A stretch of 20,000 nt of DNA from Hydrurus foetidus (taxonomy: Eukaryota), in the NCBI GenBank assembly GCA_900617105.1, contig UYFQ01000154.1, forward strand, positions 119,336 through 139,335. Reading direction: 5' to 3'. Each line of letters begins with the position of its first letter. The stretch's first letter is position 1. Both the position numbers and the translations under genes were made by a program. The notes under the pieces are model-generated. The model searched no databases, was not told the DNA's origin, and was given only the letters and a program-made list of their open reading frames with translations. Positions 1-12,759 of this stretch are shown here, one piece after another.

Positions 1-3000
1 AAAAAAAGGATTTGTTTCTTGAAATTACAGTTGAGAGAACCAAGCAATCCGTGTCCGGATTTACCGGCGAAGATGTAAGCAATCCCTGGGAGGAAAAGGG
101 AATTCTGGGAAATTTTCCTGTAATGGATTTCGACATTGCGGATTATTGTTCTGAAACAGAAGTTAAAATTAAGATTGTCGTGCGCTCAAATCCGATTCCC
201 ATCGTCCTTCACAAGAAGACAATGACTCTTGGTGACTTATTTTCAGCGGCAGAGAGTAACAAGTGGGAGAAAGTCGATGTAGCAGACCATTATCATTATA
301 AAGAGGTGTACGGCTGGACATCTTTGAAAATTAATTCATCAACACGCAGGAGGAAACATTATAAATATAACGGGAGTTATACCCCGTATACATCATGTCG
401 AAAGACGAATACTGAGCAATTTCTATTGATGCTAAGGAGAATATTAATTCCGAAGACACTTCTGAAAGAACAGAATCCTATCAAAAGTTTTTTAAGAAAG
501 AGAAACAGAAAAAACACCGAAATACATTCAAATGAAACGGATAAGACGGTTGATTTGGGTGAGAGTGCTTTCGACTTCTACCTTCGAGTGAGGTTCAGTC
601 GTAAGGTGGAATTACTTACCCTTCAGAATGCCGAAAGTTTCTACGAGCATAATAGCTGCGAATTTAAGAAAATTAGATGCAAAACGGAATCTACAAATTT
701 CAAATATGGCTATTCTAGTTCTACGATAAATAACAGTGTTGAAGGTTTAGTTTCTCCGTATGAATTGGAGGCTAAGAATTACCGACAAAGTGAATTTCAT
801 TTTTTGATACTACACGGGAGTGTGAACATCGTAAGTACAATCATGATCGATTTGTCAAGAAAGAAAAAGTTGCGTGCTGCTCTACTGTTGACAGATTCGT
901 GTGGTCGAAATGCTCTCGACATTGCATTGAGCGAAGGTGAAAAAAACAGAGGAAATATTTATTTTTATTTAACATCTTGATTCGCCCTATTTTATCTTAT
1001 CCCACTTGTAACGTCACAACAAAAAATAACCATTTGCATTTATTTGAAGCATGGCTGAAAATAAATGAGCAACATCGTATATACTGCGTACATACTTACA
1101 TCAATTAGTATTTATTATTCTACTTTTTTTGCGTTGCTATCGATGAGTCAGTATGTGAAGTGACTGTGTCTTGCTTGATGGAGTTGTTATCTATTTTGTC
1201 ATAAAAATCGTACACTATGAATTCAAGTGTTCTTATTAAGCATCTAATATGATTATTCTGCATCTAATATTTCAGGAAATTACGGAATGGTGCACTTATT
1301 GCTTACTCGGGCTGGTCATTATTGTTTTCAGCAAATAAGAAATGCGGAATGTTGGGCTATGCATCATGCAGTACTTGGAAAAAACATTCATTGCATAAAT
1401 GCGCTATGTACTTTCCGAGACAGACATGGCCATTTTATGACCGAATCTGACGAAGATTCTTTGAATTTACTGCAAATTGCTCATTCCACAAGATATCCGT
1501 TGGAAAATCCATTCACACAGAATATATGGCCCAGAAAAAATCAATTGGACGAAGTGGCAACTTTCGAAAAACCTATACAGAAGGACCATTTATATCCAAT
1601 ATTTGTAAATTCTCTTGGTGTGGATGGAGAAACTGCTTTAATGGTCGCCTGCTCTCTGACCTTCAAGCCTGACCCCCCTCTTGCTCCCTCCTCCTCTTAT
1701 CACTATCCCACTCCCCTCCCCCCTCTCCATTCTCTTCCTCTCCCCTCAACTGTCTCTCTCCCTTCCACCTCCACTTCTATTCTCTCCCCTTCACCCCTCA
1801 CAAAGCACATACAAAGCTGCCAACATATCTACCTGCCGATTCTATGAGAAAATCTACTTTTCTTTCTCGTCTCCGATCTCTACTATCCCGCCCACGGCAA
1901 ACATCCACTTCAACCTCTACCTCTTCTCTACCTCCATCGAGCAAACGCGACCCCACACACACAGCCGATACCGTACGTCCGTTCTATGAATCAGATCTAC
2001 TAGAAATCGTTGGTAAATTGATACGGATGGGCGCGGATATTGGACACGTGTCAGAGCGCAGTGGACGTACGCCTTTAATGAACGCTTGCCAGGCTGGTAC
2101 GTACTTACATATTTGGATGCAATGTACAGTAAAGTACAGAAATTCGTATGATTTTTTGTTTTTTTCGGTGAAGAGTTTCAAGTTTCGTACAACACCTTTC
2201 AAGTCATCTGACTATAGAAATGGAAAATTTGATCTTTTATAACTCATATGATTGTGCAAATGTACTAAGTCTGTATGTGTATGTATTTATGTGTGTGTGT
2301 GTGTATGCGTGTGTGTTCGTATTTGACCAAATTACGCAATCTATCATTTAATAACTTTCAATCTTCCGTACCGTAGTTTTGTTATTTTTTAATTGCTACG
2401 TGAAACAAATATCTAAAATACGTATATGATTTTAAAATGTGATATGACTACGTGATATCAAGATGTCATGTAAATATGGTACCTTGACGAAACGCCGATA
2501 TCTGATTGAAGTACATGATATGAATGTCTCAATTATTTTACATTCTGTAGGTTCCACTAGAGTTGTCAATCTCCTACTAACTTATCGTATGGATGAGAAC
2601 GTTCTGAACAGAATTTGCGAAGGATCGCCGAAATTGAGGTAAAACTGTTAAATAGAGTAATTGTACAATTACGATTCTAATTTCTAGCTGGTTTACATAT
2701 TTGTGTTTCCCGATATTTTTTTTCATTTTGCCGCAACTTACTTAAATGAGATCATTAAAAACAAGTCTTTCAATGGTAACTTCGTCCATGATGTATTGAA
2801 AATTTCTACCATAGGATCTAAAAATGTAAAAAATGTGAAAAATCGTAATATACAATCATGAAGTGTCAGTAAAGATTGAAATTTTTTTACGAAGAAAAAC
2901 AGTATCATTAATATGAAAAAGAAAATTACCACCAGATTAATGTTTTGATTTATCTTCAATTATTGTTTCACATTTACTTCACCGTCACTGCATCTGAAAT

Positions 3001-5283
3001 TTTCCGTTTTTCATTCCTTTTTAGTATTCCTTTTTTTTCGTGTTTTCATTTTTCAGGGCGTTTATAGGTCAAGGAGTTTCACGAGATGATTCCAAAATGA
3101 ATTTCATCAATCCTCTGCAACTCTACAGGTAAACATTGATTTTCTTCAAATCTAAACAATACTAAAGAAACGGGAAAAAATTTTTTGCGCCCTACCCTAA
3201 CCTTAACAATTGATCGATCTCTAATATGAAATAATCGAAGATTGGAAAAATTAACTTTTCTTCGACTGTGTACACTTAATATTCTAATGTTGAATTTTTC
3301 TTAAAAACAAGACTTTTGCTTATTTCGTCATTTTTCCTGCTTTTTTTCTCATCGCACAATTTTTTTCTTTTTTCAGCTGTCTGCCACTCACAGCAAATCC
3401 CGAAAACGCACTGATGATTGCTGCCAAAAATGGACATTCTAAAATAGTGCGGAACCTGCTCATAGTTGGTAAGATATGTGATGTGTCTTTCCTGAGTACT
3501 CATGTTATGTTTGTTTGTATTTATGTGTGTGTATGTATGTGTGCATATAATTTTTTGAATATTTTCTTTATGAATTTTTTTGCTTTAATATGCCCAGCAT
3601 TTATTGAGTTGAATACGTACTAACTATTTCTTATGACGTTCTTGAAGGTTTGAATCCGTTAACGGTATCTCTTAACGGAAATACGGCTCTTCATCTTGCG
3701 GTTGAAAACGGCCATATGAGTGTGTGCGAAGTTTTCGTTGACTTTGAAGAAAAGTAAGCAAATTATCCGTATACGTATTTCCGTGATAAAACGGTGTCTA
3801 TCGTTTAATTCCGCTATAGTTCAACATGCACTAGATATTTGAACTTGTACTATGTATTGCGAATTTCGAAATTTGAGAAGTCAGTATTACACTTCTTTCT
3901 ACTATTTTTAAACGTACAAGATTCTCGAAATCAAATATTTCACAGTAACAGAAGTTAATTATTTGCGAATTCCTACTTTGATATTGTTGGAATTCGCATG
4001 CATATGTATTTTTTTTAGTCTTATTTCCAGCAGTTGATCTAGACAGTAAATCTTAATTATATTCCCTGGCTATGCTGACTGTTATTTGATACAGTTTTTT
4101 TTTAGTAAGTATCAGATACAAAATCGAAATTTCTTCTTTGTCTACTTTTTAACTCTTTTGATATCGACATTTATTTTGTATGTATTTATATGTTTACTCA
4201 TTCTTTGAATCATTTACTTTTTTTTGTTAACTTAGTTCTTCGTTCACATACTTATTCATTCATTCACCTATTTATTCATCTATTCATTTATTTTTCTATC
4301 CATCTATCTATCTGTTTATTTATCTGTCTGTCTATCTATCTATCTGTCGATCTATCTATCTATATATCTATATATATATCTATCTGTCTATCTATTTATC
4401 TATCTATATATCTATCTATCTATCTATCTGTCTATCTATCTGTTTATCTATATATCTATCCATCTATCTATATATCTATCTATATATATATCTATCTGTC
4501 TATATATATATATATCCATCTATCTATCTATCTGTCTATCTATATATATATATTTATTTATTTGTTTGTGCATTTATTTAATCATTTCTTCATTCACTTA
4601 TTCGATCATTTATTTAGTCATGTATTCGTCTATATCTTTTGCTTGTTTCAGACTCTGGAGAAGAAGAGAAGAAAAAGTCAAAGCAAATCCGAGGACAACA
4701 CAAGAGTATTTAGTCAAAACTTTGTTAACGCGGAATCTGTTTAATGAAGCGCCTCATAGAATTGCTCAGAAAAACGGATTCAAAAATGTGGCAAATTTTC
4801 TCATTTGGAAAGCTCACGAAATTTACAAAATTGAAAAATCTAAAATGGTTATTAACTTTGGTAGAGATAATAGAATTGATCAATGGGAATTTTTCTTTAG
4901 TTCCGGGGAAAATAAAAAAGAAGAGGAAGAAGAAGCAGGAAACGAAAAGAAAAGGAAAAGAAAAGGAAAAAAAAGAAGTAGAATTCATGCCTGAACTGCA
5001 TCAGATAAATAATTGGAATTATTGTGATGCATCAAATACTGACACTGATGACAAATTTAATTGGGGCTCTAATAAAGATGGACACAAAAATGATTCGAAT
5101 ACCAGTTATCTTTCTTCGTCACAAAAAGAAATTGATGTTTCTTCAAAATTGCACAGACATCTAGAAAATAACATGATTCGAAATAGGTCTTCTTTAGGCT
5201 TAAATTCGAGCAATAAATCTTCAAAATCTCAAGATTCTTGTGATTCCATTCCACCCCAATATAATGAAGAAAAGTCGATGTGA
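1..5283 (+). CDS. Multi-exon ankyrin-repeat protein, 5'-partial. Exons <1-936, 1276-2096, 2551-2638, 3057-3128, 3377-3468, 3648-3753, 4652-5283 (or stop at 4994 if the last frameshift is real)
   Basis: Six GT..AG introns with pyrimidine tracts join in phase and rebuild ankyrin repeats across junctions: GRNALDIALSEG|NYGMVHLLL, GRTPLMNACQAG|STRVVNLLL, NALMIAAKNGHSKIVRNLLIVG|LNP, GNTALHLAVENGHMSVCEVF, NEAPHRIAQKNGFKNVANFL. A TACTAAC branch site lies at 3618-3624. One frameshift is needed in the C-rich tract at 1673-1845, and probably another in the A-rich tract at ~4900-4990. Confidence 0.85.
2270..2316. repeat. Imperfect (TG)n/(TATG)n microsatellite in intron 2
   Basis: Visible directly in the sequence. 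Confidence 0.8.
4250..4620. repeat. Degenerate (TATC)n/(TA)n/(ATTC/ATTT)n microsatellite in intron 6 of the ankyrin gene
   Basis: TATC core at ~4295-4555 with ATTC/ATTT-type flanks. It explains the spurious ORF 4190..4744. Confidence 0.95.
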
Positions 5284-5945
5284 TTTTCATGTAAAAAATG
5301 GAAACTTATGAAATGGTACTATTTCGATTAAAAATAAGCAATTGGATGGGTTGAAAAGGGTCTAAGATTTTATTTTACATGTAGAAATTACATAGTTGGC
5401 TTTTGAGGAGAAGTAGGGCACATACAGAGTAGGAGAAATACATGCAGAGAGAAATGAAAAGACAGAGATAGGGAGAAAAAAGAGAAAATGAAGTTGGAAA
5501 CAAATTACAAGAAATATAGAGATTAATGAAGAGATAAGAAAAAAAATTGACTTCCAGAAGAATTTTCCACGGAAATGTAATTCATCACCATGGTTTATCT
5601 ATTTTGGACAAAAATGAGAGACTTTGTAGGGAAAGTTAAATAAAAGAGATTTCATAAAAGAAATATGATGATAGAGGCTTTTTCGAATAGGCGGAATGAT
5701 GATCGGAAAAAAATATTTCGTAAAATACACTTATGTAGAAATTTAAGGAGCTACTTAACACATCGAAAATCCTTGAACATTATCAACGCAACGGACAGGG
5801 GAAGAAAAAATAAAATAAATTGTAACTTGAGAGGATTTTTAATAATAAATAACAGTAGCATATTGAAATGAAATTTGTGTCGATTTACCTACTGAAAAAG
5901 AAAAGTACTAAAATCTTCGGATTTGTTATGCGTGGATTAAATTAC

Positions 5946-6024
5946 ATATATATATATATATGCATGCATACATACATACATACATACATACATACATACA
6001 TACATACATACATACATACATACA
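5946..6024. repeat. (TA)n followed by (CATA)~14 microsatellite
   Basis: Visible directly in the sequence. Confidence 0.95.
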
Positions 6025-7525
6025 ACAGGTACTTTCAGCTAAGTGCATTAAAATTTAAATAATAAACATGACATATAAAACGCGTTTTGTGATCACAAAT
6101 TACCATCGATCACTAATGTTTGCGATGTAGTGGCTGGAATAAAATCGATGTCTTGAAGTGTTACACGGTACAGTGTAGTACTGTTAATAGCTGTACTGTT
6201 AAGTGTTACACTGTTCAGAGTTGCACTACACCGATTCAGTAGACTGATACCCGCCTAATATTGAATTCAATGACACCCATGATATTGTGTCGAATGAAGT
6301 GATGGCATTTGTCGCTGTCATGTTGTGACGTATATCTTCATTGAGACGTCTTTAATTTTCACGGAGCACGATTTGTAGTTTCTCTCATCTTACTGTTGGA
6401 TTATTCAAGTGGAGACTGAATAATATTCTGATTTCTCGTAGCGAAGAGATTACTCGTAGTTTGAGAGCAATTAAAACCACCCTATCGGAACAGCAAGTTC
6501 TGCTTTACATTTCTGATATGATCTGATCCATTGTAATGCTAGACGCAGACCACCGCACAGCAAGAAAAAATCAAGTTCTTCGTCAGAGATTCCAGAGAAG
6601 TATCGTCTGCGCTTTAAAACGGATAAGGTCAAATCAGAACATCGATGAAATAAGTGCCTTGACCTGTCGTATAGTTCTGCTAGTTGATCAACAATCAGCC
6701 GCACATGAAAGAGCTGCTCAGAAAAGAGAAACGCTCCGAGTAGTCATAATTTACTTACTGTAGCTCCATCACAAAGGAGTTGATGGCAAGCTGATGCATG
6801 ATTTCATCAGGGTATGAGGCATTGCATCGTTGATTCTGTTGATGATAGGATCCGAAACTGACAACATGGTGTAATGTAAACCATCAAAGGAAAAGTTGAA
6901 CCCTGACATTCTTCTAGATAGGTTTCACGGAAAAAGCAAGAGTCGATGTGCGCTCCTTCAGGATTCGCATACAAGATTAAATTGGCGTCTGCTCGGATCT
7001 GGATGCGGTTGGGAACCGCGATAGAGGCGATGACAGACGCTTCTTTACTGCGAGCGGTGCGGTTGATACTGGGCCTACCAACTCAAACGTTAGCGATGGT
7101 GATGGAATCGTCGGATCAGCCAGGAGCGGTAGATCGCTGTTGGTTGCAGCAACACATCCAGCAAGAAGCCAGGTGGCGAGGAGGATCTGTGAAAAGGCAG
7201 TCATTCTTGTCGTTGATCGAGAAACCTTTGCAGATCAACATCCGAATTACACTGCGATCCCCAAATAGTTTCGTGCAGTTGTTGTCGATGTTGCAGCAGT
7301 TGAGACCACCGTAAAATGTAAAATATCTTGAGAGAGATCGATCCTAGAAGTAGAGTACTACAGTGAATAGTGACGCATAATACTTCCAGACTTTCGATGA
7401 GGTCGGGTTGGTTTTTTGTTTTTCTGGAATTAAAAACAGATCCAGAATCTGTTATTTTATGCACGTACAATATACATTATACCGTACTGACACGGACAAA
7501 TATGTGCCGGGAGAGTGGAAGCGCA

Positions 7526-7553
7526 GGCTGGAGGCTGGAGGCTGGAGGCTGGA
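7526..7553. repeat. (GGCTGGA)4 heptamer tandem repeat
   Basis: Four perfect copies. Confidence 0.9.
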
Positions 7554-8296
7554 AGCCAAGTGTTGATGGTGCTGTTACGATGAATTGTTACGAGACGTAG
7601 CAAAAGTGCAACGCTGTGTGAGGTCCGATATCCGATGGTCATGTGAGGTCTGACATGTACATGCTGTGCAGGTCCGTACGGGTGCAAGGGCCGCAATGTC
7701 GGCGAAAAATGTTTTTCGCAACTAGTAGGGCTACTCTACGAAATTTTGAAAGAAAGTGAACCTTGTGCAAAATCTATCGACTGTGTGGCAGCAACAATGT
7801 CAGACTTTTACTGACAACCCTGTGGTTAGAAACAGAGAAAATCCAGAAATCATCAAAGAATGAAGTTGCCCTTTATGACATGATTTTAATGGTGATTACT
7901 GTAGTGAATATGTACTCAAGCGCTTAATTCTGTTTAAATTTAGGACACCTCTCATTATCACAACTTCTCAACTAACAATCGTGAAAAAAGGGTAAAAGCA
8001 ATTGTGTCGCGCCCTCTCACAACTTCAACAACGTGCACCAAAAATTTAGAAGAACGGAGTCGGATAAAGCTGCATCTATCACATTTAATTTAATTCGAAA
8101 AAAAGAGAGCATGTGTGCTATGTTCTCAATCCCTGATAAACCGAGATCCTTTACTAGATCTCATAAATTCCAGACAAACCAACCCGCACTGCTCGGAACA
8201 CAGATTTTTTCTCCGATTTTGATCGACACCTTTCTCTTTTCTCCCTTCTCTACTTTCACTTTCATCTTCCATCAGACTCGTCGACTGTCGAAATTC

Positions 8297-8368
8297 GAAT
8301 TTGAATTTGAATTTGAATTTGAATTTGAATTTGAATTTGAATTTGAATTTGAATTTGAATTTGAATTC
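8297..8368. repeat. (GAATTT)11 + GAATTC hexamer tandem repeat
   Basis: Perfect array, preceded by one inverted unit (AAATTC, 8291-8296). Confidence 0.95.
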
Positions 8369-8534
8369 AATAGCTTCGGCAAATGATATGTGTACGTATT
8401 CAATCGCAATCTAGAATCAGTCTTGATCTAATCAGTCATTGATCTGATGCCGTCGTGATCCCTCCGTAGATCCCACAGATGATACATTTGAGAAATAACT
8501 GGACTTTGCCACATTCGTACAATATCGAGTAAAA

Positions 8535-8924
8535 ATGGTCACCTTCACACGCTTCATCCTCTCTTTTTGCCTACTCGTTGCGAGTGCTTCAATTGTAACA
8601 TGCGATCTTTCATTCATGACAAGCAGCGAGGCCGCATCATCCAAAGCAAAAGCGATGCCAACCACAGTATTGGACCATCATCTCAATCGGATCATCTTTT
8701 CATATAAGCCGTCCAAACTGCGCACAAGGAATACTGCAAAACCTACGACAAGAGGCACAAAAGTAAAAATGTCGACTCCGCCTACATGTGTCCCAACGGA
8801 AGCCATCATGATGTAAAAGAAAAGCCGTGCAAAGCGCAGTACTGGACAATCATCATCTTACATCTATGAAGTCGCATATCGCTCCGATCAAGATGCGCAT
8901 ACCAATGCTAGCGCTTCGACAGTA
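8535..8924 (+). pseudogene. Small secreted-type Ser/Thr/Pro/Lys-rich protein with an internal duplication, frameshifted near 8805 (ORF 8535..8816 as assembled)
   Basis: Signal-peptide-like N-terminus MVTFTRFILSFCLLVASASIVTC after an AAAATGG start context. The unit KAKAMPTTVLDHHL..KPSKLRT recurs in another frame as KRKAVQSAVLDNHHL..APIKMRI. Confidence 0.5.
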
Positions 8925-10362
8925 GGACATACAAAACCTTTTATGCTGTCTCCTTTCAAAAGATCCTCAGCGGCCACCCAATACATCGAGATGTCTACAT
9001 TTTTGAATTAAATTCATGAGTTCTTGAAGTTTCCGGCAGTATCCGTCAACAATGCCGCTGTATTTTGTTTCAACCAACTCGCACCAAATCACTTCGTTTT
9101 CTTTATTGTTTACTTTATTTATTTATTTGTTTATTTATTATTTGATTTGCTCATCCTGTGGGTTCTTTGCGTAACACCGCGTCGTCAGCTTAGTTTTTAG
9201 TTCGAAACTACTCAGCTAACCATTTGGCCAATTGAACAACCAAACTCATCATTCATTTTCACGCCATGATTCATAAGACCTTTTCATTTCCTTCTCCTAA
9301 ACTTCATCTTCTGGACTCTTCGAACATCACAGCGGCGCGTTCCTCCTTGAAATGAAATTGTGACAAATCGCCTGTGATAAGCTCGTAAAGATCTTAAATG
9401 AGCGGAGGCAGTTGATCATTTCGAAATATTTAAGCGCAATCGATAATCGAATATTATGATCAAAAACCAAGACTAGAATAAAGCAATAGTCATTTTGTGT
9501 GAGGGAAGGGGTCAGGGTAAGTGTTCTGAATCAAAGTCATCTCACTGATTTCAACTCAGTGATTAGCATTGATTACAGCCAATTCACTTGTTCGATGATA
9601 CGGTTCTTTCTGTCATACACACTCTTCACTTCTGTGTTCTCAGAACATGAGGGCAGTAAGAAGTCGTGACAGAACTGATTACACAGGACAAATTGAATTA
9701 GACTGAGAATCTGATAGAATGTCGTTTGATTCATCTGCTTTATGACGTGTGTGAACATCCCACTGTACAATCCCACGTTTAGTTCCATTCCTTTTACTTC
9801 GCCGCACATCTTCTGTACGGCGAACAACTTAATTTCTCAATTTAATCACTTCTTAACGATAATAAAGTGCGTCACGGACTTTCAAATAGGCGGTTTCAAC
9901 ATTGACAGTAAGTCTGCCTTCTTGTAAAAATTAAAAGACATCCGTAATTCTTGATTTTGAAAAATAATCATTACTCCAGCCAAATACACACAGATAATAT
10001 CAGAGTGCTAAAATGTTACGAAATAGTGTTCCTATCAATCAAACATAATGCGCCACTAAAATCGAAAACTGAAACAGAAGAGTGAACTTAAAATAAGCGC
10101 ATTTGCATATAGTGTACATACTGTACATACTGTACAAAATTGTTTTGATGTAATTGAAAGATGAACACATGCGGAACTAGGTAATTTGGAAACAGTGTAA
10201 ATTGAACTTTAAAAACGAAAACGACAAAGATGAGGAATAGAGAATCTGCAGAAGTCATGAAAACGAAATTTGGAAGGAAAAGAATTATGAAAACAGAATG
10301 ATAAAAACAAAAAAATCTGAAGGAATAAATGACATACGGACATATGTGCGTACGTACGCACA

Positions 10363-12273
10363 TCAGAACAGTAGAGATACTACAACTGCACTAGACGTCA
10401 CAAAATAACAAAATACAGTTGCGACAAGTACGTAGTTATTTAAATAGGACCCAACGGGCACCTTTAGATCTATTTTCATTCCATTCTTAAAATCATCATC
10501 AACGATATTTCCTCCGTTTTCATCAATGAAGGAAAATGGTTTTGCACTTTTTGTATCGTAGTCGTTTACAAATTCGTCAACTTTTTTATACTGATTCTCA
10601 GTCATAATCGTAGATTGCGCATTACCTTTTTGTCCAAGATACGAAATATCGTAAATTCTTTTCACTGTTGGATTTTTATCAAAATTAATTTTTCCTCTAT
10701 TTGTGTTACAATTCTCTTTTCCAATGTATGTGGTTGGATAGGGTATCGTTACGACTTTAAATTCCGGATTTTCAATTATCTTCAATTTATTCGGGGAGAA
10801 ATAATTATCGTGCGGAGTGTGGTAGCGTAAGTGAATTGGAAATGAAAAATTCAATGAATTTATTATTTGCTTTGCTCGATAATTATTAGGAGTCGGAATT
10901 TCTGTTTCATCTGAAATATTTTCAACTGTATTATTTGTTGGATTTCGTATGCTGCTATATTTCGTAAAACGAATTTCCTCATCACCCATATTGTCCTCTG
11001 ACATCTCATCACCATTTACATTACTTACACTAATTTCATTATCATTAATACCGCTATGTAATTCAACTGATTTATTTATTAAATTATTTTTTCTGCTTTT
11101 TGTACATTCACAGATTTCGCTACTTTTCACATTTTTAAATTCAACAACGACCAATTCACCATTGGCTTCTTCTGCCAGCAATTCCGGATTACTACTAGCT
11201 GAGTGTGTATGCAAAAGTACCTTCTCTGCCGGGACCGTAAATAAATGTCTCGCCTGATGATAGAAAGTTAAAATGCAAAATGCAATTCAGAATGAAAGAT
11301 TAACAGGAGGAAATGTTTCAGATTGCTGGTGTTAAAAATTTGATGTTATGAAATCGAACCAAACCAAACGAATTGATATTTTTACTGGAGGACAGAACAT
11401 GCACTTAGATTCTCATTCTTTGAAATAGGATTGGTCTAGAGGAGAGATGAACAGGGCGTAAGGTGAAGAACTTTTCGACAGTTAGAAAGTTAGGTGTAAC
11501 GAAAAATCAATAGGGTGAATTCTTTCTTCTTATTTCCTTTCCCCACAATCCCATCTTCCAATGCATCAGGTCACACACAACATTTTAAATATTTTAATCA
11601 CCTCGATTTCCTGCTGATCCGCATAGCATCCTCTTGGCAAGAAGAACACAAGAGCAACATCCTGAGTCTTCTCGCAACTCTCCTTAATCTGATGAAGTTT
11701 ATTTTCATTGTTCTCCTGAATTTCTTTAGTATTTCTATCTTCAATGCTACGACACGAACAACCTTTCGCATTTTTGTTATAATGGCTGATCTCAATCTGC
11801 ACGTCTAAACTGACATGAAATCCTTGCGGCTCTGTGAATTGAACTTTTGTTATCACTTTTAAATCCTTAGAATGTCTGGACTGTCCTGGAATTGTTCCTT
11901 CATTGATCTTCTTCAACCCTGCATTTGATTTGCGAATGTGCGCAGACGATTTTGCGCTATCCACAAATGGAGCTGAGCTCTCATGTTGCAGGAGGATATT
12001 CCTATAGATAAGTGGATAACGCGCGGAATGGTGATTTTCACCCGTGGATCGTGTGTCTTGAATATTGGAATGGTCAGTTCCACTGCGACTACTGTGGTAA
12101 CTGTAGTCACCACCACTTCGCGGATGGTCAACATTTTCAGAGGCTATCCGTCGCGCATCTGAATAAGGGTAAGTCTCTACAAGGAAGGCTGGGTTCACAA
12201 CTGCCTTGATTGATAACAACTGCACGACAACTAGAAAAACTGAGTACAGCCTGTTGGTGGCAAGTAGATTCAT
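10363..12273 (-). CDS. PIGX: PIG-X/PBN1 family protein (GPI mannosyltransferase I subunit), 2 exons: 12273-11602 and 11253-10363, about 520 aa
   Basis: Signal peptide. Family-like motifs QGFHVSL, LVFFLPRGCYADQQEIE, FSFPIHLRYHTP, VTIPYP and LKVPVG, followed by a C-terminal TM helix. A phase-0 intron at 11601-11254 (GAG|GTGATT ... TCATCAG|GCG) joins the two track ORFs in frame. Confidence 0.85.
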
Positions 12274-12759
12274 TCTTCTGTGTGGAAGTCAATTCAAGAA
12301 GTGATCAGCTCATTCAACTGTCAATTTTCTGTGACTGAAAGCCAAAGCGAAGAAGTCAAACACGTCTTTCAAATCGAAGTGACCGTGAAATTCAAATTGA
12401 ATCACTTCATGTAACTGTGGATTCGATCGCCTCTTGAAATAATCTTGAATGTTGAGTGATCGAGAGGATTGTTGTCGGACTACACGGTTTTTGAACGCAA
12501 AATCGAATCTGTGACGCTGATGCGTATGCGAATTTTTCAGTACATCATTACTGCATCACATATTGCCAACATTATGATGTGTCTCTTCTGCTGGACAAGA
12601 AATTTCTTGGAGAAGGACCTCGCGAAAAAATAATAAAAGCTGCGAATGTTTAAGATGAAGGATTAAGTCAGGAAAATCATATTTACGCCAGAAAAGTATC
12701 AAGGCCATGATTTAACAAGTAGAACAGGAATGGAATAATTTTTGAACAGCGCTTAAGCA

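Noticed and set aside
4190..4744. 184-aa hydrophobic ORF (IYLS repeats)
   Set aside because: It is the translation of an intronic TATC microsatellite.
6158..6230. Short recurring GTGTTACAC/ACTGTT motifs (similar TGTGAGGTC repeats at ~7617-7675)
   Set aside because: Too short and irregular to support an array or an element terminus.
6977..7204. 75-aa minus ORF with a signal-peptide-like start
   Set aside because: It reads like the antisense shadow of the GNN-rich + frame, with no other support.
6471..7340. Minus-strand frame of ~290 codons interrupted only by five TGA codons (possible Sec/Trp recoding)
   Set aside because: PIG-X in the same window ends in TGA. The peptide resembles no selenoprotein I recognise. 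The pattern is explained as the in-register antisense of a coding-like + frame.
8033..8386. ORF ending in (FE)n; array considered as a telomere or CRISPR repeat
   Set aside because: It is the product of the GAATTT array. There are no spacers and no G-rich telomeric unit.
10615..12209. Plus-strand and alternate-frame ORFs overlapping PIG-X
   Set aside because: They are antisense or out-of-frame shadows of the real gene.
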